Under the pieces are notes generated by a model. It had not been told where the DNA came from. It saw only the letters and a program-made list of their open reading frames with translations, and did not search any database. From positions 64,001-128,000 of the forward strand of contig JBHLOY010000007.1 of NCBI GenBank assembly GCA_048939995.1: a DNA stretch of 64,000 nucleotides, in the 5' to 3' direction. A program made the translations under genes and the position numbers. The DNA is from Promethearchaeota archaeon. GTDB taxonomy: Archaea > Asgardarchaeota > Lokiarchaeia > Sigyniarchaeales > SOKP01. This document shows, piece after piece, positions 9,014-17,498 of this stretch (positions are counted from its first letter, which is position 1; every line of letters starts with the position of its first letter).

Positions 9014-10342
9014 TTGAGAAAGATGACAGATGTTTTTATTACCGATACTTCTAAAGGTATACAAAATGCAGTAGATGAAATACTGACAAAAGTCGACCCT
9101 ATATTAAAAATATCTAATCTTGTTTATATTAAGCCTAATGGTGTTGATTTTAGGAAACATACATATACATCTCCAGAAGTCCTAGGAGCAGTTATTAGAT
9201 ATTTTAAAAAGAAGGATGCAAAAGTCTATGTCATGGAAAATTCGACACAAGGAAATCTAACTAGAGTTGTTTATGCAATTAATGGGTATAAAAAAGTATG
9301 TAAAGATAATGGTGCTAAAATAGTATATCTAGATGAGGAAGAGACATTTGAATATCAATTTAAAGCAAAACTATCAATAAATGAAAATGTCCCAGATTAT
9401 AATTTGAATACTTTCAGATTACCTTTAACAGTGGTTAAGATTATCAATAATAGACAAAACATAACTTATATTAATCTACCCAAGTTAAAGACTCATTCTA
9501 TGGCACGAGTTTCCCTTGGAATAAAGAATCAATGGGGATTTCCCCAACATGCAGATAGGGGCAAAGATCATAATTATAACTTACATTTGAAACTTGTGGA
9601 TGTTTTTGAATTAATTAAACCAGATATTACTCTCATTGATGGAACAGAAGGCACTATCCATGGTCATTATCCACCTACAGCATGGGAAGATAAACTAGTT
9701 ATTCCCTTTAAAATATTAATAGGAGGACGAGATACTTTATCAGTAGATGTGGTTGGAGCGAAGATTTTTGGCATGAGCATAGAGGAAGTTCCACATTTAA
9801 GAATTGCTTACGAAAGAGGGTTAGGTGAAGGAGACTTAAGTAAAATCAATATTATTGGCAAAAGCTTAGAAGAATATAAAGTTAAATATGATTGGAATTT
9901 ATTGGAACAATTTCCTAAAAATGTCAAAATTGTTAAAGGGAAAGATTTATTGTGTGTTGAAGGGTGTCAAAATAACACATTAGTTACTTTACAAGTTTTA
10001 GCATATGATTATCCTAATAAATTCAAAGGCGGCTGGTTTTTAATAATGGGTAAAGGACATGATGATGATCTAGTAGATAGGCTAAAAGATGAAGGTTATA
10101 CTAAAGGGCTTGTAGCAGGATTTTGTGCTATTGACGAAGTTGGTAAAAAGTTAAGAGAGGCATTTGGAAAGAGAAGAGTATTCTTTTCAGGAGACTGTAA
10201 CAACCTTGCAGAAACTATTAAAGCAGAACTCAAACTTGCTAATATGAGTGTGTTTGACCTAGTTCCCATTTCAAATGAAGATCTTATCCATCTTATTGAT
10301 GAAGCCCAAAAAAACGATAGTACCGCTTTAATTCCTTTATAA
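9014..10342 (+). CDS. DUF362 domain Fe-S protein
   Basis: IKPN, INLPKLKTH, SLGIKNQWG and DVVGAKIFG; Cys-containing C-terminal domain. Confidence 0.85.
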   Translation: MRKMTDVFITDTSKGIQNAVDEILTKVDPILKISNLVYIKPNGVDFRKHTYTSPEVLGAVIRYFKKKDAKVYVMENSTQGNLTRVVYAINGYKKVCKDNGAKIVYLDEEETFEYQFKAKLSINENVPDYNLNTFRLPLTVVKIINNRQNITYINLPKLKTHSMARVSLGIKNQWGFPQHADRGKDHNYNLHLKLVDVFELIKPDITLIDGTEGTIHGHYPPTAWEDKLVIPFKILIGGRDTLSVDVVGAKIFGMSIEEVPHLRIAYERGLGEGDLSKINIIGKSLEEYKVKYDWNLLEQFPKNVKIVKGKDLLCVEGCQNNTLVTLQVLAYDYPNKFKGGWFLIMGKGHDDDLVDRLKDEGYTKGLVAGFCAIDEVGKKLREAFGKRRVFFSGDCNNLAETIKAELKLANMSVFDLVPISNEDLIHLIDEAQKNDSTALIPL

Positions 10343-10435
10343 TAATATAAAAAAATAATTTAAAAGTCAATAATTTTAACTTTTTTGTCAATGAAAATCA
10401 ACCTTTATTAATATTATGGTGTAATAAAATAATTA

Positions 10436-11179
10436 ATGGAGTTTGAATCTAAATATTCTTTCATTAAAACTTTCTTATCTATTCCTGATGCCCCGTTTAA
10501 ACTTAAAGAGAGATTAGACTCCCTTATTGAATCTGATAGCTATAAAGAAGAGATTTTAGCAAGAATTATTCAGTTTATATATTATTTTTCCATGTTTAAA
10601 GATATAACACCATTTATGAGATCAGTATATAATTGCATTGAAAAGACTCTTGATATTACATTCGAATCAATAAACGATTTTCAAGAATTATTAATAAAGA
10701 ATACATTATTAATCTTCATTCAAGATTATATTAATTACGCGAAACTAACTCAAAAACGGCAAATCTTAAAACTTTTATCGGATTCCTTAGATAAACTTCA
10801 GATACAACCTCTTATTATTAATTTAGGACTTCTTTTAAAACCAATGTATCAAGATAAGGAATATCTTGAAAATATGCTGTATCTCGAAGAATTTGAAGTC
10901 GCTTATAACCAAGATGATAAACTTGGGTTCCAAATAAAACGTGAAATTGATAACTGGTTTGCAACTCAGACATTAGATTTAGATAATCAAGAAAATTTGA
11001 AACTTTTATTGAAAAGAAAATTTGATGAAGTTGTTTCCCATACCGGAGTTGATAAAAAGTCGAAACATTATCAAAAGTTATTATTAGAGGTTATGGAAAT
11101 GCTTACAATGAAACTTACAATGATAAGCTTAATGGATTCTGTTTCTGATGAATCCCTTGAATCGATATCAATAAAATAG
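10436..11179 (+). CDS. Hypothetical all-helical protein
   Basis: 247-aa ORF with no recognised motif. Confidence 0.7.
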   Translation: MEFESKYSFIKTFLSIPDAPFKLKERLDSLIESDSYKEEILARIIQFIYYFSMFKDITPFMRSVYNCIEKTLDITFESINDFQELLIKNTLLIFIQDYINYAKLTQKRQILKLLSDSLDKLQIQPLIINLGLLLKPMYQDKEYLENMLYLEEFEVAYNQDDKLGFQIKREIDNWFATQTLDLDNQENLKLLLKRKFDEVVSHTGVDKKSKHYQKLLLEVMEMLTMKLTMISLMDSVSDESLESISIK

Positions 11180-11328
11180 AGGATTATTAAAAGCTTTCAA
11201 TCCAATTTTAGTATTTTGTTAAGTGAAATCTTTACGCAAAATTCAAAGCTAGTAATTTTGCGATAAACAAATTAATAAATACAAAGTTTGATTTTATATT
11301 TAACAAGAGGTATTTTATTTTTTATAGA

Positions 11329-12708
11329 GTGAGAGAATTGGGAGAGAATGAAGAACCTTTAACACCGGAAGAAATTGAAAAACAAAAGAAGATCGTTGAT
11401 GAACTTTATAAGAAGGAAAAAGAAGAGAGGGAAGAATATCTTAAAAAATTTGAGAAACAGAGAAAAGACGCATTTGAGGAAAGTAAAAGGTTGATTACCA
11501 ATATAATTTCAGAAAAAAGCTTTATAAGAGAAAAACAACGCGAACAGGACCAGAAGAGAAAAGAGCTTAAACCAGATATAAAAAGTAAGGGAGAAGCAAT
11601 AAGTAAATCTGTCGATCAAAAGGTGTTTATGATAGAAAAGAAGAGAGAAAGTGATACTCAGAGGTTAAAGATTAAACCAGATTTAGAAAAAACTACCGAA
11701 GCGATAAGTAAATCAATTGATGAAAAAGCTTTTTTAATTGAAAGAAAGAAAGAGATTGACGCTCAACGGCTTAGTGTAAAACCTGATAAACAAAAAATAG
11801 AACAAGCTATAGAGAAATCTATAGGAGAAAAGGCATTTTTACGAGAAAAACAACGAGAGGAAGATGCTAAAAGAATGGAACTAAAGCCAGATTTTAGAAG
11901 AGTAGGAGAATCAATTGAAAGAAGTGTAGGTGAAAAAGCTTTCCGAATTGATTTGCAACGAGGAGCAGAGCAAAAAATAAAAGCTTTAAAACCAGATATA
12001 AAAAGTAAGGGAGAAGCTATAAGTCAATCTGTTAGTGAGAAGGCATTTAGATTAGAGAAGCAAAGAGAAACTGTGGAAGAATTAAAAAGTATCAAACCAG
12101 ATCTAGAACAAGCGAAGCAAGCCATAGAAAAGTCAATTAGCGAAAAAGCTTTTATGCAGGAAAAACAACGCGAGGAAGATACTAAACGAATGGAATTAAA
12201 GCCAGACTTCAGAAAAGTAGGAGAATCAATTGAAAGAAGTGTAGGTGAAAAAGCTTTCAGAATTGATTTGCAACGAGGAGCAGAGCAAAAAATAAAAGCT
12301 TTAAAACCAGATATGGAGAAAGTGGGAGAAGCTATAAGCCAATCTGTTAGTGAGAAGGCATTTAGATTAGAGAAGCAAAGAGAAACTGTGGAAGAATTAA
12401 AAAGTATCAAACCAGATCTAGAACAAGCGAAACAAGCCATAGAAAAATCAATTAGCGAAAAAGCTTTTATGCAGGAAAAACAACGTGAGGAAGATACAAA
12501 ACGAATGCAACTAAAACCTGATTTACAAAAAGCAGGAGAGGCTATAGAAAGAAGTATTAGCGAAAAGGCTTTTAGGAGAGAAAAGCAAAGAGAAAACGAT
12601 CTAAAGCGAAAGGAATTAAAACCAGATATCAAAGGAATAAGCGAAAAAATCGAAGACAAAATAGAAAAAATCGAGGAGAAAAAGAAAAAGGAATCACCAT
12701 CTGATTAA
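11329..12708 (+). CDS. Tandem 35-aa repeat protein (nebulin-like period and motif)
   Basis: 459 aa: a 60-aa charged N-terminus followed by 11 contiguous 35-aa units with consensus SEKAFxxEKQRExxxKxxxLKPDxxKxGEAIxxSI. Confidence 0.85.
   Translation: MRELGENEEPLTPEEIEKQKKIVDELYKKEKEEREEYLKKFEKQRKDAFEESKRLITNIISEKSFIREKQREQDQKRKELKPDIKSKGEAISKSVDQKVFMIEKKRESDTQRLKIKPDLEKTTEAISKSIDEKAFLIERKKEIDAQRLSVKPDKQKIEQAIEKSIGEKAFLREKQREEDAKRMELKPDFRRVGESIERSVGEKAFRIDLQRGAEQKIKALKPDIKSKGEAISQSVSEKAFRLEKQRETVEELKSIKPDLEQAKQAIEKSISEKAFMQEKQREEDTKRMELKPDFRKVGESIERSVGEKAFRIDLQRGAEQKIKALKPDMEKVGEAISQSVSEKAFRLEKQRETVEELKSIKPDLEQAKQAIEKSISEKAFMQEKQREEDTKRMQLKPDLQKAGEAIERSISEKAFRREKQRENDLKRKELKPDIKGISEKIEDKIEKIEEKKKKESPSD
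11509..12663 (+). repeat. Coding tandem repeat, 11 x 105 bp, with a 315-bp higher-order repeat
   Basis: Unit 1 starts at Ser61 (TCA at 11509). GTAGGAGAATCAATTGAAAGAAGTGTAGGTGAAAAAGC occurs at 11902 and 12217, 315 bp apart. Confidence 0.95.
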
Positions 12709-12713
12709 AAAGT

Positions 12714-13202
12714 TTATATTTCAAAGTTAGAATTGTAATAATTCAGCATTTCTAGCTTCTTTTCATAATTTAAAATTGAGGGTTCAATTATACCATTAAA
12801 CTGATTAATTGAATTTTCATAGCGATTGTAAAAATCATTTATAATGTAATGTAACAAGTGCCTTTCAAACTTTAAATTTAATTTTTTAGTAATTGCTATT
12901 ACCGACAAGCGGCCTAACCTTTCATATAAAATACGTGTTTCTCTAAAGTTAATCTCTTGAATTTCTTCATCTGTATCTCCCGGTTTTATTTCCTTTATAA
13001 ATAAGTTAAGAGCATTTAAAAATCCGCTAATTAAATCTCCATTTGAAGTATTATTTCTATTTTGAGAATACTGTTTACTTATAAGTAAAGATCCTGTGAG
13101 ATTATCTAAAAAATAAATTGCATGAAAAAAGCAATCACTTTGGTTCACTCTTTTAAATCCAAAACTCTTATTATTAACAATTTTATTAAAATTAAACGAC
13201 AT
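12714..13202 (-). CDS. Longin-like domain protein (Asgard type)
   Basis: IYFLD..TGSLLISKQY, DLISGFLNALNLFIKEI, IQEINF..TRILYE and FYNRYENSINQFNG. Confidence 0.65.
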   Translation of the reverse strand: MSFNFNKIVNNKSFGFKRVNQSDCFFHAIYFLDNLTGSLLISKQYSQNRNNTSNGDLISGFLNALNLFIKEIKPGDTDEEIQEINFRETRILYERLGRLSVIAITKKLNLKFERHLLHYIINDFYNRYENSINQFNGIIEPSILNYEKKLEMLNYYNSNFEI

Positions 13203-13407
13203 AATTCAGAATTATCTTTTTAATAATCAAAATTACATAATTAAGAAACTTTAACTGATCATTTAAAATACATATATTATCTTTGTAACATCCAATAGAT
13301 TACTTTTTATCTAATTTCCAATTTAATATCCTAATCAATAAAATTTCAAAAAAAATAAATATTAAAAATAAACAATTTTTATTAATAGACATATATTTGT
13401 ATTTTCT

Positions 13408-13893
13408 TTGGAGTTTTGGATGCATATGGTTTCTTATAACAATGAAAGTAAGAATAAAAATAAAATTTCTTTAGGTTTAATAATAACTAAAGAAGATTTA
13501 AATTCCACCCTCTTCCCCGATGAGGTTAAAGATGAAATTACTGAATCCCCCTACTATTTATTAATATTTATTTCAAGAGAAGACGTTATAAAAGTAAGCT
13601 GCTTTCCTACAAATACAAATTTAATCAAAAAAATACTAATAAAATTAGAGGAATTCTCACCGGAAATAGTGAAAGGAATTTCAGAAGTTTTAAGTAAATT
13701 AAATTTAAGTAAAGATATTTTACATACAACTGGAATTTGCTATGAACTAGAAAAATGTTTTTATGAAACATATTTAATAGGAGATACTCTCGAATCTGGA
13801 AATATAAATTCAGATACAATTAAAAATGAATTTTTAAGAATAAATAGAGTTAACAACGTTACTATTGAGAATATCCCGCTACATTCCAAATAA
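13408..13893 (+). CDS. Hypothetical protein with a possible C-terminal ACT-like domain
   Basis: ILIKLEEFSPEIVKGISEVLSKL...ILHTTGIC beta-alpha-beta pattern. Start more likely at ATG 13426. Confidence 0.6.
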   Translation: MEFWMHMVSYNNESKNKNKISLGLIITKEDLNSTLFPDEVKDEITESPYYLLIFISREDVIKVSCFPTNTNLIKKILIKLEEFSPEIVKGISEVLSKLNLSKDILHTTGICYELEKCFYETYLIGDTLESGNINSDTIKNEFLRINRVNNVTIENIPLHSK

Positions 13894-13927
13894 ATGATTA
13901 TGGTAATTTCTCTTTAAAAATTATTTC

Positions 13928-14299
13928 TTATTCTTGAATTTTTATTGACTCAAGAGAACGCCAAGCCTTCCAAAAGATTAACCATAATATTGCAAAGATA
14001 AAAATAGTTGTAACACATGTATAGCCACCAATAAATAAATCTATTAATATCATGAAAGGGATTCCCGCAATAGAAAATCCAAAAAGATAACCATATCCCC
14101 AATACCTATTTTTCAAAGCAATTAAAACTCCAGGAATAATAGTAGTAAAAATTATTGATAAGTATGCTATTACCTCAATGAAATTTGGACTCTCCAAAAT
14201 TAATAACATATTAAGCCATGAAACTATAAAACCGATAATTGAAAATATAACTGTGAGAAAATCTAATTTAAATTGGGATTTAGGCGCTTTCTTCATCAT
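13928..14299 (-). CDS. Small membrane protein (4 TM)
   Basis: 123 aa with four hydrophobic segments. Confidence 0.7.
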   Translation of the reverse strand: MMKKAPKSQFKLDFLTVIFSIIGFIVSWLNMLLILESPNFIEVIAYLSIIFTTIIPGVLIALKNRYWGYGYLFGFSIAGIPFMILIDLFIGGYTCVTTIFIFAILWLIFWKAWRSLESIKIQE

Positions 14300-14435
14300 T
14301 ATTATAATTTATGTTTAAAATCCATAATATTTATGTATAAATAATATATATTTTTTGCTAGAATTCTAGAATTTTGTGTAAAAAATTTATCAAAGTTCAA
14401 CAATTATTTTAAATACATCCAAAATTATATATTGC

Positions 14436-14481
14436 ATAAGATAAAAATTTAATTTTCAAATCAATAAGATAAAAATTTAAT
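14436..14481. repeat. 18-bp direct repeat ATAAGATAAAAATTTAAT, two copies
   Basis: Exact copies at 14436-14453 and 14464-14481. Confidence 0.7.
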
Positions 14482-14539
14482 AAGCATCGAAAATTTAAAA
14501 CAAAATCAAAATAGGTTAATAAAAAAGATATAAAGTCAT

Positions 14540-14666
14540 GGCTCCTGCTACCACCCTGGATTTTTGTCTTTTGGTAGTGTGTGAAAGCACACTCTGATTT
14601 CGCCCTCCTCCCCCTATTTTGTTTTTGACCTTGCTTTTAGGTCTTGGTGGCAGGAGTCTCCTTTTT
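14540..14666 (+). ncRNA. Candidate structured small RNA of unknown family
   Basis: 14-bp terminal stem 14540-14553/14645-14658 with 2 G.U pairs; hairpin AGTGTGT-GAAA-GCACACT at 14576-14593; hairpin GACCT..AGGTC at 14627-14643; 3' T-run; locally GC-rich. Confidence 0.6.
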
Positions 14667-14715
14667 ATAAAGTGAGCTTGTTTTAATTAACAATAAAAAG
14701 AAAAAAAATAATGAT

Positions 14716-15471
14716 TTAATTTAATTTTAATAATTTCTTCATCCATTTCGGTAATATAAACCCTATATAATAAAAAGTGCTTGATAATAACATAAAAACC
14801 CTAAAAAATATCAGGGTAAAGGGGTTAAGTTCTAAGAATCCATCTCCAATAGCACCTATTGCAAAAAGATTAAATGATAGAATAAGAAATCGCCCTTTCC
14901 ATTTAATTTCCCTCTCTTCACTTTTTAATGAGTGGATAGAAAAATCATTACCAGTAACTGTACTTATTAATAGTGAGAAAGCTAAGAAAATCAAAGCAAA
15001 TCCCCTGTATTCAATATCGATGGCACTCTGCTTTATTCCGATTAGCGGATCAACAGGAGCTCCTGGAGCAAAAAATAAAAAGAAGAAAAGGTACGCATAA
15101 TATATTATTGATAGGATTGCCGTGCTTATTAGTAAGGGATATTTGAGTTTGGGATGTAATGCGGGGATATAAATCTGAAACCACGCAAATAAAGCAATTG
15201 GTACTCCTAATGTTCCTAATAAAACATAAATCGGATAAGGTATAACTTCATTGGTAATCAACCAAGAAATATAACCAAATCCACTAGGGTACCAAGGAGA
15301 CATCGTAAAGATTATTGCAAAGAAAAAATAGTAGAGAGTTTTGTATTTTAATTGATATGCTTTAATTAAGACTAATATTCCATAAAAAAATGTGATAAAG
15401 AGACTGATCATTCCAAAAATTCCGGAAAGCTGGCTTAAAAAGTCTAATTCTATAAATAGTAGAAAAATCAT
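14716..15471 (-). CDS. Polytopic (~7 TM) membrane protein
   Basis: About seven hydrophobic segments; ends YIGFILPKWMKKLL. Confidence 0.75.
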   Translation of the reverse strand: MIFLLFIELDFLSQLSGIFGMISLFITFFYGILVLIKAYQLKYKTLYYFFFAIIFTMSPWYPSGFGYISWLITNEVIPYPIYVLLGTLGVPIALFAWFQIYIPALHPKLKYPLLISTAILSIIYYAYLFFFLFFAPGAPVDPLIGIKQSAIDIEYRGFALIFLAFSLLISTVTGNDFSIHSLKSEEREIKWKGRFLILSFNLFAIGAIGDGFLELNPFTLIFFRVFMLLSSTFYYIGFILPKWMKKLLKLN

Positions 15472-15666
15472 AAATAAAAAGTAGTTGATTTTATTAAAAA
15501 GGATTTTTTTTTGAAAAGATTAAAATATCTGATATTCTACAATAATAATACTATTCCAAGTATTATCTAGCATAAAAAATTTTTATAGAAAAGTTAACTA
15601 ACCTTTTAATTAAATAATTTTTTATATAAAAAAATCATAATTTTCTTTAATAATGTAATTCAAGAT

Positions 15667-17376
15667 TTGATTAATATGACAGAAGAAATTATAAGACGCA
15701 CTACAAGTATCTGTCCAGAATGCCTACAACCTATTCCAGCTGAAATTTACGTTGATGATGATAAAAACTGGGTAATGATGAGAAAAAATTGTAAAGAACA
15801 TGGTGATTTCAAAGATAAACTCAGTATAGATCCAGAAGATTATAAATGGCAACAAACATTTACAGATGAAATTGGCTCCACAGTAGATAATAGTACCAAA
15901 CCCGAATATGTATCTTCGGGAATAAAAGAGTGCAATCAAGGCTGCCCTTATGACTGTGGACTTTGTGATAACCACAAAAGTGCTCCTAATATCTGTTTGA
16001 TTGACATCACCAATAAATGTAATTTAGCATGTCCAATCTGTTTTGCTAATGCGAGTGCAAAGGGATACGTTGTCCAACCATCATATGATGATATTGTACG
16101 CATCATGGAACACTTTCGATCTATGAAACCCACCCCAGCAGTTTTGCTTCAAATTTCTGGTGGTGAACCGACAGTTAGAGATGACTTACCTGATATTATT
16201 CGCAAGGGTAAAGAATTAGGTTTTATTGAAGTAATGGTTACCACTAATGGAGTTAGATTTGCTAAATCAATTGAATTTATGAAAGAATGTAAAGATGCTG
16301 GAATGGATGCTATCTACTTACAATTCGATGCAACTGACAACCCTGAAGTATGGAAAAAAATAAGGGGAGTAAACCTTTGGCCTTTAAAACAAAGAGTTAT
16401 TGAGAATGCCCGCAAACTTGGATTTTATGGTGTAATGCTTGTCCCTGTAATCGCTAAAGGAGTTAATGATAAAGAAGTTGGCAAGATTATGGATTATGCC
16501 AGAGATAATACTGATGTGATTTCAGGAATAATTTATCAACCTGTATCTCTATGTGGTCGTATCAGCTTTGAAGATTTAATGGATTTGCGATATACAACCT
16601 CAGATTTGAAAATAGCATTAAATGAACACACAAATAACTCAATTACTAAATTTTACCCATTAGCTACCACTGCCAAGATGACTCGATTATTAGCTTGGTT
16701 CGATGATGCTCCCGAATGGAGTCCAACCAGTCACTCAGATTGTGGTTTTGCCACAATTGTTGTCGTAAATAAAAAAGGCGAATATGAATCTATTGAAAAT
16801 TACTTTGACGCAGAAGGACTCATCAGTTGGTCAAACAAAGTTTATGACATGGCAATGAAACAGGAAATTCCAAAACCTACCGGACTCCTTAAAGGTATAG
16901 ATTTGGAACAATTTGGCACAGTTGCAACCACAGTAGGCAAGTTTATCGATGATATGACCAACCTAGGCTATCGACAAATTATGAAGGCCTACTATTTTGC
17001 AGGGGCAATGAGATACGTACGTAATCCTGCAAAAATTATGGATAGTAAAACTTTATTAGCATTTTCTCGCCTTATAGCATTTCCCAACTTACAATCTGCC
17101 GGACTTTTCTTCCACGAGAAGAATTTGTTAATATCCTCGATGCATTTCCAAGATTCTTACAATTTTGATTTAGATAGAGTATGTAGATGCCTTGTTCATT
17201 ACGGAGTAGTCGATCCGGAAGACTCCACCAAAATTTTGGAGGTACCTTTCTGTGCTATGAATACATTGCATAGAGAGAGATTAGAACGTGCTTTAGCAAT
17301 ACAAGGCGAGGAAGCGAAAAAACCTGAAGTCATCCAGTCTGAGATCGAAGAACTTTTGGAGACTGTGAAAGATTAA
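15667..17376 (+). CDS. tes: Tetraether lipid synthase (Tes/GDGT-MAS) family radical SAM enzyme
   Basis: N-terminal SICPEC...CKEHG, CPYDCGLC..H, CNLACPICFANA, HSDCG, RCLVHY and PFCAMN. Confidence 0.88.
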   Translation: MINMTEEIIRRTTSICPECLQPIPAEIYVDDDKNWVMMRKNCKEHGDFKDKLSIDPEDYKWQQTFTDEIGSTVDNSTKPEYVSSGIKECNQGCPYDCGLCDNHKSAPNICLIDITNKCNLACPICFANASAKGYVVQPSYDDIVRIMEHFRSMKPTPAVLLQISGGEPTVRDDLPDIIRKGKELGFIEVMVTTNGVRFAKSIEFMKECKDAGMDAIYLQFDATDNPEVWKKIRGVNLWPLKQRVIENARKLGFYGVMLVPVIAKGVNDKEVGKIMDYARDNTDVISGIIYQPVSLCGRISFEDLMDLRYTTSDLKIALNEHTNNSITKFYPLATTAKMTRLLAWFDDAPEWSPTSHSDCGFATIVVVNKKGEYESIENYFDAEGLISWSNKVYDMAMKQEIPKPTGLLKGIDLEQFGTVATTVGKFIDDMTNLGYRQIMKAYYFAGAMRYVRNPAKIMDSKTLLAFSRLIAFPNLQSAGLFFHEKNLLISSMHFQDSYNFDLDRVCRCLVHYGVVDPEDSTKILEVPFCAMNTLHRERLERALAIQGEEAKKPEVIQSEIEELLETVKD

Positions 17377-17498
17377 CTTTTTTCATTTATATTTTCTACT
17401 TTTTTCTATTAAAAACTATAGTTTTTTAACCTTAGTTTCCTCAATGCATTTCTAAGACTTTTAAAAAAAAAAAAAGAAAAAAACGAGATTTATTTAGA

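Noticed and set aside
12024-12659. 211-aa antisense ORF with repeats
   Set aside because: It is the mirror of the + strand repeat gene; the Ser/Phe/Leu bias is what reverse-complemented Glu/Lys codons produce.
11509-12663. Possible CRISPR array or non-coding satellite
   Set aside because: The units are 105 bp, in frame, lack unique spacers and diverge at synonymous sites.
14538-14674. Short ORF MAPATTLDFCLLVVCESTL-TGA read as a selenoprotein, or the element read as SECIS, C/D box RNA, tRNA or 5S rRNA
   Set aside because: The read-through peptide resembles no protein I know. There is no AUGA/GA SECIS core, no box C, and no cloverleaf or 5S motifs, and the element is not in the 3' UTR of a + strand gene.
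17463-17481. Long A-run as a phase-variation tract
   Set aside because: It is intergenic between convergent genes and best explained as an oligo-T terminator for the minus-strand gene.
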